Assembly: GCA_964466295.1 (NCBI GenBank) | Contig: CAYXRC010000003.1 | Span: forward strand, 87,059 to 151,058 | DNA length: 64,000 nt | Reading direction: 5' to 3' | Source of the DNA: an uncultured Ruminococcus sp. | Lineage (GTDB): Bacteria > Bacillota > Clostridia > CAKSNL01 > HGM11501 | Part shown: one piece after another, positions 58,039-64,000 of the stretch | Numbering within the stretch: position 1 is the first letter of the stretch | How the letters are laid out: every line of letters begins with the position of its first letter | Made by a program: the position numbers and the translations under genes | Notes under the pieces: generated by a model | What the model was told of the DNA's origin: nothing | Seen by the model: the letters and a program-made list of their open reading frames with translations, nothing else | Databases searched by the model: none

Positions 58039-58563
58039 TTATTTATACGAAGATATGCTTATGGCGGAGCCGTCTACATTTGCTATTCTTATGATAATTT
58101 CCTGGATTTTCGCCGCGTCGCTTCCGGTGATTTCGCTGTCTGACTTAACCACTACGCTGACTGTGGAATCTGTTATGTACACCACGCAGTCTGAAAATCC
58201 CTTTGCGCGGATTTCACCCTCGGCTGCGGCCTCCTTTTCCATGCGGTCTGACATGGCGATTATACGCATCTCGGCCTCTTTTTTTGCTTCGGGATTGCTC
58301 TCTGGATTTTCCGCAATGGATTGTAAGCTTTCTTTAGCCTTGCTTCTTCCCGTATCTCTCTCAAGACGGCTTTTTGAAAAATAATCTTCCTTTTCCTTTA
58401 TATTTTCACCGCTGACAAGCCGTGCCTCTCCCAATGCCATTTCCTCAGAATCGTGTACGGAGCCGTTATCGGCATTTTTGTACATCCAGTTAAAATATCC
58501 TGCCAGACCTATCATTGCGACAAGCGCAACCAATACCACATGTTTTTTTCTCAGCGCCCTCAT
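58039..58563 (-). CDS. spoIIIAH: stage III sporulation protein AH
   Basis: 174 aa with an N-terminal transmembrane anchor and a C-terminal YscJ/FliF-like domain. It is the last gene of the spoIIIA operon. Confidence 0.7.
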   Translation of the reverse strand: MRALRKKHVVLVALVAMIGLAGYFNWMYKNADNGSVHDSEEMALGEARLVSGENIKEKEDYFSKSRLERDTGRSKAKESLQSIAENPESNPEAKKEAEMRIIAMSDRMEKEAAAEGEIRAKGFSDCVVYITDSTVSVVVKSDSEITGSDAAKIQEIIIRIANVDGSAISISSYK

Positions 58564-58572
58564 AAAATCCTC

Positions 58573-59013
58573 CTAATTTTTCATTTTATATACCTGAATG
58601 TTGCAAAGCTCTGCTCCGGTTACCGCATGTATTGCTTTTATTATGTCTTCCTTTACTCGCTCGCTGTCCGCTCCGGAAGCTACCGCAATTACTCCTCTGA
58701 CCTTGGGATAATCTTCCTTTGATACGGCAATTTTGCCCGAAGACGAAACGGTTTTTTCACCGTACGAGCTTTTCTCCGTAACCGGATATGTCGTTCCGCT
58801 GTCCTCTAAGGTAAGCATTATCTTTACCTTGCCTGCCCCGTCTATTAATGACAGCACCTCCTCGGTTTTTTTAGTAAGCTCTTCTTCATAGGTATTTTTT
58901 TCTTCCTTTTTTTCCTCGCCGCCGCTGTACGGAAAAATCATCAAACCTATTCCTATAATCAATATGAGCAAAATAAATTTATTATTCTTAAGTTTCTCAA
59001 TTATTTTGTTCAT
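58573..59013 (-). CDS. spoIIIAG: stage III sporulation protein AG
   Basis: About 146 aa from MNKIIEK. It has a single transmembrane helix and a conserved C-terminal domain (RGVIAVASGA). Its operon position supports the call. Confidence 0.65.
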   Translation of the reverse strand: MNKIIEKLKNNKFILLILIIGIGLMIFPYSGGEEKKEEKNTYEEELTKKTEEVLSLIDGAGKVKIMLTLEDSGTTYPVTEKSSYGEKTVSSSGKIAVSKEDYPKVRGVIAVASGADSERVKEDIIKAIHAVTGAELCNIQVYKMKN

Positions 59014-59425
59014 AGTACACCTCAACCTTTTCGGGATTGTATTCGTTTATTCTCGCTTCATCTTCGCCGTCTATGGGATTTATCGCATAAATTTCAATTT
59101 TTTTGACATTTAACTCATCATCAACCTCAGCGTAAGCTCTTCCAATATCTGAAAGACTCGTTTCTATTGTGCTTTTGTACTCTTCTTTAAGTATGTCTTT
59201 ATAACGGCTTTGTGGGTCATATTCAATAGAATATTCTTCGGTTTCAGGCAGATTAAAGGTGAAATCTCCATTTAATAGCTTTGCAAAGGGGAGCGCTATC
59301 GCAAGACTTATCATAACCGAGCTTGAAAGCTTGGCATATTTTTTTACACTTCCCTCCGGCAAAAGACAGTTGGTTACCGTGACCGCTATCGCCGCCGCAC
59401 ATAAAGTCAGAATATAGGCTTTCAT
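58997..59425 (-). CDS. spoIIIAF: stage III sporulation protein AF
   Basis: About 142 aa from MKAYILTL, with a GGGGG ribosome-binding site. The longer 206-aa frame overlaps spoIIIAE out of frame, so I did not use it. Confidence 0.55.
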   Translation of the reverse strand: MKAYILTLCAAAIAVTVTNCLLPEGSVKKYAKLSSSVMISLAIALPFAKLLNGDFTFNLPETEEYSIEYDPQSRYKDILKEEYKSTIETSLSDIGRAYAEVDDELNVKKIEIYAINPIDGEDEARINEYNPEKVEVYYEQNN

Positions 59426-59430
59426 AATTT

Positions 59431-60540
59431 TTATACCCCCACCGCCGAAAGCATAATTGCGGCGCATATTATATAAAGAGCTAAAGATACGGACACTATG
59501 GCAAAAAGCATCCCCATACATTCGCCTACCGCGCTTATGGCATTTGCAAGCCGCCTGTCGGTTACGGGCTGTATAAGTGCACCGGCAAGGTTGTATAAAA
59601 AGCTTATGGCGGCACATTTAATGATTGGATAAGCGCTCATTAAAGCTATTGCGATAATTCCTGCGGCGCCTAAAGAGTTTTTTATCATGGAGGCGGACGC
59701 CGCAAGGGAGGTTACCGTATCCGCCAAGGCTCCGCCTGCCACGGGAACAAAGGAGCTTAATGCGAATCTTGCTGTCTTAAGGCTCATATTATCCGCCGTA
59801 CCGGCGGCAAAATTTGTAAGCGCCAGCAAAGCGGTAAATATCAAAAGCACAAAGCTTAACAGGCGCTTGCATATTCTGTCTAAAAAGGCGGAAAGGTTGT
59901 TTAAACTTTCAGACAGCGTCATATTATTTATAAATTTAACGCAGAATGACGCATAAACCAAAGGCAGTACGGCGTTTTTTATTATACCCGAGGAAATGAC
60001 AGAGCCCAAAAGCACCTGGGTATGCATTATGGGCGCTGATATAACCTTCCCCTCGGCAACCGCCATCGATGTAAGAGCCGGGACAAGAGATTTTATGAAA
60101 ATTCCCATATCGTCAATAGCTCCTCTTGCCATATCGGAAACCTCAGAAAAGCCTGCGGCAGTAATGCCTGCCAGAGTGGCATAGCATGAAAGAAACGCCG
60201 CTTCGGTTACTCCGTTTTTCCCTCTTGAGCTTTCAAGATTAGTTATAAAGGTACATATAATTCCAAGCATGACCACCGCCGCCATAAGCTTTACGTTCTT
60301 TCTGACCTCGGAAAAGAACATGTCCGCCGTCTTTTTTACCACTCCCTTAAAATCCGTCGTATAAGAGCCTTGTAAAATGCTCTGTGCCGCATCGTAAAAG
60401 GAAAATCCGTCTGTAAATTCCGTAATATTTTCATAGGCTGATTCGGGAATTTCAACCGCCTCCGAGTCGCCCAAGGAAACTGCGCAGACGTTTAATCCAA
60501 AAGCACACATAAATAAAACAGTAAAAAATAATTTTTTCAT
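59431..60540 (-). CDS. spoIIIAE: stage III sporulation protein AE
   Basis: 369 aa with a signal peptide and multiple transmembrane helices. Operon position supports the call. Confidence 0.8.
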   Translation of the reverse strand: MKKLFFTVLFMCAFGLNVCAVSLGDSEAVEIPESAYENITEFTDGFSFYDAAQSILQGSYTTDFKGVVKKTADMFFSEVRKNVKLMAAVVMLGIICTFITNLESSRGKNGVTEAAFLSCYATLAGITAAGFSEVSDMARGAIDDMGIFIKSLVPALTSMAVAEGKVISAPIMHTQVLLGSVISSGIIKNAVLPLVYASFCVKFINNMTLSESLNNLSAFLDRICKRLLSFVLLIFTALLALTNFAAGTADNMSLKTARFALSSFVPVAGGALADTVTSLAASASMIKNSLGAAGIIAIALMSAYPIIKCAAISFLYNLAGALIQPVTDRRLANAISAVGECMGMLFAIVSVSLALYIICAAIMLSAVGV

Positions 60541-60920
60541 AGTAAATCAGCAATTACCTCAAACAGCGCCTTCACCGACGGCAGAGCCACAAGGCAAATC
60601 ATTATTTTGCCACCCAGCTCTATTTTGTCGGAAAGAGCGCTCTCTCCGGAGTCCCTGCAAAGGTCTGCGCCGTTTTGCGTCAGATAGGAAATTCCGGTTA
60701 TTTTTAAAACCGTTCCGAATATTCCTCCGTCAAGGCCTGTTTCATCGGCAATTAAAGTTACCTCGGATATGATTTTTTCCACCGCTCCGAATATGGAAAA
60801 AAGGACGTACGCACTGCATGAAAGCGCCAGTACCATCGCCATTTCTCCTCTTCCTGCCTGCCTTAAAATAACGCACATTACCGCACAGACTATACACACT
60901 CCCACAATCTTTAAAATCAT
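60537..60920 (-). CDS. spoIIIAD: stage III sporulation protein AD
   Basis: 127 aa with four transmembrane helices. Operon position supports the call. Confidence 0.7.
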   Translation of the reverse strand: MILKIVGVCIVCAVMCVILRQAGRGEMAMVLALSCSAYVLFSIFGAVEKIISEVTLIADETGLDGGIFGTVLKITGISYLTQNGADLCRDSGESALSDKIELGGKIMICLVALPSVKALFEVIADLL

Positions 60921-61111
60921 AGACCGAACACCGCTTTTATTTCGGAAAAAAGTCTGCCTACCTCGGGAATGACCACCGCAAGCACCACGATAAGTCCTGC
61001 TATGGTAACAAGAAGTGCCTGCTCATCTCTTCCAGACTTTCCGACAATCATATTAAGCACGGCGACAATTATTCCAATTCCGGCTACCTTAAATACAAAT
61101 TCTATACTCAT
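60917..61111 (-). CDS. spoIIIAC: stage III sporulation protein AC
   Basis: 64 aa with two transmembrane helices, typical of AC. Confidence 0.7.
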   Translation of the reverse strand: MSIEFVFKVAGIGIIVAVLNMIVGKSGRDEQALLVTIAGLIVVLAVVIPEVGRLFSEIKAVFGL

Positions 61112-61119
61112 TTAATACC

Positions 61120-61530
61120 TCACAGCAAAATTATAAATAAAAGAATCCCCAAAGCTATACTTCCGCCCCGTATAAGGCGCATTTCCTTTAAATATTTTTC
61201 CTTTTCCGGTCCTTCCTCCCTTAAAAGCCGTGAAAGAAACGTATCGGCATTTTCGGTAATAGCCTCCTCTGTTTCTGAGTCAAGACCGAGAAAAAACCGT
61301 TCCAGCTCTTTTTTGTCCTCCTCTGTGACAGCGCTGTCCATTTTTATACCGCAAAGCCTTGCCGCCTCGAACACCGGGACTTTTGAAAGCGAGATAAGCG
61401 ACTTAAATTTCTCCAGCGCCAAAATCATATTTTCTATATAAGAAAGCCTTTGCCGTCTTTTATCCGTCAGTATAAATCCGTAAAGAAGTGCTGCGGATAT
61501 AATAAATATACCTCCCGTAAGCTTAAGCAT
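61120..61530 (-). CDS. spoIIIAB: stage III sporulation protein AB
   Basis: 136 aa with N- and C-terminal transmembrane segments. Operon position supports the call. Confidence 0.6.
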   Translation of the reverse strand: MLKLTGGIFIISAALLYGFILTDKRRQRLSYIENMILALEKFKSLISLSKVPVFEAARLCGIKMDSAVTEEDKKELERFFLGLDSETEEAITENADTFLSRLLREEGPEKEKYLKEMRLIRGGSIALGILLFIILL

Positions 61531-62440
61531 TTCTTATTTCCTCCACTGTGCCGGGACCGTTTTTTCTTGAAAGCAATACATAAAGTCCGAAAACCTTCTC
61601 TTCACAGAGTCGTTTTATTCCGCTTTTTTTTGCCGCATCATCTATTGATGCGGCGTGTACGGAGCAGATGACCGACACTCCCGACTTTACCGCCTCCATA
61701 ACGGCAAAAGCGTCCTCATCCGAGCCTATTTCGTCGGTTATCAATACGTCCGGCGACGACGACCTTAAAAGATTTATCAACCCCTCGTACTTAGGGCACG
61801 AATCCAAAACAAAGGTTAAAGCTCCGATGTCGTTTGAGGGAATACCTGAGCTTAATGCCGCTATTTCTCCGCGCTCGTCAGCGACGGCGACCTTTTTCAT
61901 ATACCTTTCGCCGCCCAAGTTTCTCGCTATATCTCTCAGCATTGTTGTCTTTCCGCAGCCGGGCGGAGAGATAATAAGCGTATTTTTCACGGTATTTCCC
62001 ATAATGTACGGCATTAAGGAGTTTGCGGCGCCTCGTACCTCATGGGCTATCCTTATATTGACCGACGATATATCGGTTATGTATTCTATGCCGTTTTTTC
62101 CGCAGACGCACCTTCCCGTTACTCCGGCTCTGTGACCGCCCTCTAAGGGGATATAGCCCTTTTTCAGCTTGTCCCTGCACGAATACAGAGAGTTATCGCA
62201 GAGGCTTTTTACTATTTCCCGTATCTCCTCTTGGCTGAATACCGCGCCGTTTCCTTTCTTGCGGCACTCACCCGTATCGGAAATAAAATATATTCCGCTT
62301 CTTTTTAAAACTGCCGCCTCCCTCCCTGCCGACAGTCTTATTTCCTCTGTTTCCTCCGGCGAATCGGCATCTTCAAGCGCAATGTTTTTAAGCCTTTGGG
62401 GGAAATATCTTTCCGCAAGAAATTTAAGTCCTTTGTTCAT
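61523..62440 (-). CDS. spoIIIAA: stage III sporulation protein AA (secretion-type ATPase)
   Basis: 305 aa with the Walker A PPGCGKTT and a Walker B. It is the first gene of the operon. Confidence 0.85.
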   Translation of the reverse strand: MNKGLKFLAERYFPQRLKNIALEDADSPEETEEIRLSAGREAAVLKRSGIYFISDTGECRKKGNGAVFSQEEIREIVKSLCDNSLYSCRDKLKKGYIPLEGGHRAGVTGRCVCGKNGIEYITDISSVNIRIAHEVRGAANSLMPYIMGNTVKNTLIISPPGCGKTTMLRDIARNLGGERYMKKVAVADERGEIAALSSGIPSNDIGALTFVLDSCPKYEGLINLLRSSSPDVLITDEIGSDEDAFAVMEAVKSGVSVICSVHAASIDDAAKKSGIKRLCEEKVFGLYVLLSRKNGPGTVEEIRNA

Positions 62441-62564
62441 AAAAAAGCTTCCTTTCTCTTAGAAAAAGCCGATTTGTAAGCCGTTTGGGCAGGCTTTTTT
62501 GATTACTTCGCTTCGGCTTTGCCTATACTTTAATTTATTGGCTTGTCTTATTTTTTAGAACTTT

Positions 62565-62606
62565 AAAAAAATAATCCCGGCACTTTTTAAGTGCCGGGAT
62601 TATTTT
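62565..62606. terminator. bidirectional terminator after the prs-family gene
   Basis: aataatcccggcac ttttta agtgccgggattatt, with A-runs and T-runs on the flanks. Confidence 0.8.
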
Positions 62607-62609
62607 TTC

Positions 62610-63722
62610 TCATTTCTTTTTAGCTTCCTTTGCCAAAAGCCTTTTAATTCTTTCTGAAGGATTCAAAAGCTCGGACAGAGATTTATCATAGTTTATGGTA
62701 TCTATAATATATGCAAGATACTTGGACATATCAACCTCTCCGTACCACTCTCGCTTCTTGAGCTCGTCAGTCCTGTAAATCATATTCGTGGTAAATATCT
62801 TAGTAATAAGTCCCTCGGCATAAGCCTTGTCAAATTCCGCAAGACCGTTTGTAAAAAGCCCGAAGGAAGCAAAAACAAATATTCTTGCCGCCTTTCTTTC
62901 CTTAAGCCTTTTTGCCACGTCAAGTATCGAATCGCCGGAGGAGATCATGTCGTCGATTACGATAACATCCTTGCCTTCTACGCTGTTGCCGAGATATTCG
63001 TGAGCCTCAATCGGATTTCTGCCGTTTACAATTACGGAATAATTTCTCTTTTTATAAAACATTCCAAGCTCCAGACCAAGCACCGACGAGCAGAATATGC
63101 ATCGGCTTACCCCACCTTCGTCAGGAGAAACGATTACCATTTTGTCTTTATCAAATTCAATTTCGGGGAAAGACCTTTTAAGCGCCTTTATCATCTGGTA
63201 GGACGACTGTATATCCTCAAAGCCATTTAATGGAATGGCGTTCTGCACTCTCGCGTCGTGAGCGTCAAAGGTTAAAACGTTTGAAACGCCCATATTGACA
63301 AGCTCCTGAAGCGCCATAGCACAGTCAAGGGACTCTCTTCCGCTTCTCTTATGCTGTCTTCCCTCATAAAGCATAGGCATAACCACGTTTATACGTCTTG
63401 CCTTGCCGCCCAGAGCTCCTATTACTCTTTTAAGATCCGCAAAGTGTTCATCGGGACTCATAGGAACCTTAATTCCGTACATATCGTAGGTAACGCCGTA
63501 ATTGAACATGTCCGCTATAATATAAATATCAAAGCCGCGGACAGAATGCTTTATCATTCCCTTGCCCTCACCGGTGCCGAAACGCGGACAGGTATGCTCT
63601 AAAATATATGTATCCGGGGAATCCTTTCTCCACTCCAAAAGATACTTGTCCACCTTCTTCGCCAATTCCTCGCAGCCGTGCATTGCAATAATACCAAGCT
63701 CGCCGACAATGCGTCTTTCCAT
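62610..63722 (-). CDS. ribose-phosphate pyrophosphokinase family protein (long form, 370 aa)
   Basis: An N-terminal Prs-like domain and the type-I PRTase PRPP loop VIVIDDMISSGDS are present. It is about 50 aa longer than canonical Prs. Confidence 0.7.
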   Translation of the reverse strand: MERRIVGELGIIAMHGCEELAKKVDKYLLEWRKDSPDTYILEHTCPRFGTGEGKGMIKHSVRGFDIYIIADMFNYGVTYDMYGIKVPMSPDEHFADLKRVIGALGGKARRINVVMPMLYEGRQHKRSGRESLDCAMALQELVNMGVSNVLTFDAHDARVQNAIPLNGFEDIQSSYQMIKALKRSFPEIEFDKDKMVIVSPDEGGVSRCIFCSSVLGLELGMFYKKRNYSVIVNGRNPIEAHEYLGNSVEGKDVIVIDDMISSGDSILDVAKRLKERKAARIFVFASFGLFTNGLAEFDKAYAEGLITKIFTTNMIYRTDELKKREWYGEVDMSKYLAYIIDTINYDKSLSELLNPSERIKRLLAKEAKKK

Positions 63723-63744
63723 TAAATCTCCTCCTATTGATAAA

Positions 63745-63771
63745 TTTTGTTATAATCAAATATATTATAAC
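63745..63771. promoter_or_regulatory. perfect 10-bp-arm palindrome ttgttataat-caaatat-attataacaa in the prs/gpr divergent region
   Basis: Inverted repeat upstream of both genes. It is a candidate protein-binding site. Confidence 0.3.
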
Positions 63772-63864
63772 AAAATCTAATAAAAAGCGCAAGGTTTAAT
63801 TTGTGAATATTTTCCCCCGTACCGAGGGATAATTAAGGCATATTAACAAGAAGGACTGATTTTT

Positions 63865-64000
63865 TTGAACGAAATGCGTACCGACCTTGCTTTCGAGGCC
63901 AGAGATTTTTATTTAAAAGGGCAAAACGCAAAATCAATAGACGGTATAAAATCCGAAACCAAAGAGGGCGACAATTACAAAATAACAAGAGTAAAAATAG
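63865..64000 (+). CDS. gpr: germination protease GPR (5' part; continues beyond window)
   Basis: TTG start. The sequence LNEMRTDLAFEARDFY matches the conserved GPR N-terminus (..VRTDLAVEA..). Confidence 0.65.
   Translation, partial: MNEMRTDLAFEARDFYLKGQNAKSIDGIKSETKEGDNYKITRVKI

Noticed and set aside
58997-59617. 206-aa version of SpoIIIAF
   Set aside because: Its N-terminal 64 aa overlap spoIIIAE in another frame and are Cys/Arg-rich with no transmembrane character. The internal start MKAYILTL, with a GGGGG ribosome-binding site at the spoIIIAE stop, is far more plausible.
30062-64000. Integrase, recombinase, phage or transposon genes that would mark a skin-like intervening element next to the sigG fragment
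   Set aside because: None found. The downstream 34 kb consists of core housekeeping and sporulation genes. A mobile intervening element is therefore not supported within this window.
1-64000. tRNA, rRNA, CRISPR arrays and defence islands
   Set aside because: No T-arm-like GTTCGAATCC motifs and no arrays of regularly spaced direct repeats were seen. No clusters of nuclease, helicase or methyltransferase genes of defence type are present.

Overview
This 64-kb window is a chromosomal segment of an endospore-forming, low-GC Firmicute, with Clostridia-type gene organisation. I infer the taxon from the sporulation genes present: a complete spoIIIAA-AH operon, spoIIR, a gpr start and a SigG-like sigma fragment.

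Almost everything is core housekeeping or sporulation. Recognisable genes include ispF, ispD, a CarD-family regulator, nadE and mltG. A conserved run covers ybaK, ftsY, smc, ftsH, hpt, tilS, dnaB, rplI and a YybS-like protein. Further on are tsaD, rimI, tsaC, chrA halves, a MATE exporter, a DacA-like carboxypeptidase, iorAB and a PPi-type phosphofructokinase. The last third carries rlmH, an S4-domain protein, hup, mazG, a SpoVB/YabM-like flippase, rarA, glyA, mrnC, cysS, cysE and a Prs-family gene.

There are also small catabolic and stress clusters. A DeoR-controlled operon encodes a PHP phosphatase, a truncated PfkB kinase and a Zn-dependent alcohol dehydrogenase. An AraC-controlled pair encodes a Gfo/Idh/MocA oxidoreductase and a sugar-phosphate isomerase. 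An oxidative-stress pair comprises a multidomain flavodiiron protein and a rubrerythrin. A lone Na+-decarboxylase beta subunit (OadB/GcdB-like) sits next to a 44-aa gamma-like peptide.

I found no rRNA, tRNA, CRISPR array, transposase, integrase or recognisable defence system.

The anomalies worth a second look:
- An N-terminally truncated SigG-like gene that lacks region 2 and ends abruptly at the promoter of a neighbouring gene.
- A terminator-like attenuator hairpin in the leader of the orphan oadB-like gene, which may be a riboswitch.
- A 300-bp convergent intergenic region built from perfect palindromes, with an identical 28-bp hairpin at both ends.
- An inverted-repeat-bounded element of about 280 bp between spoIIR and cysE, which may be MITE-like or a structured RNA.
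- A C-terminal-only PfkB kinase ORF that has its own ribosome-binding site.
- An AT-rich DUF1349-like gene that has its own promoter and terminator.
- Two uncharacterised small-protein genes, each translationally coupled to a conserved gene.

All calls rest on reading the six-frame translations and the raw sequence; I ran no database searches.
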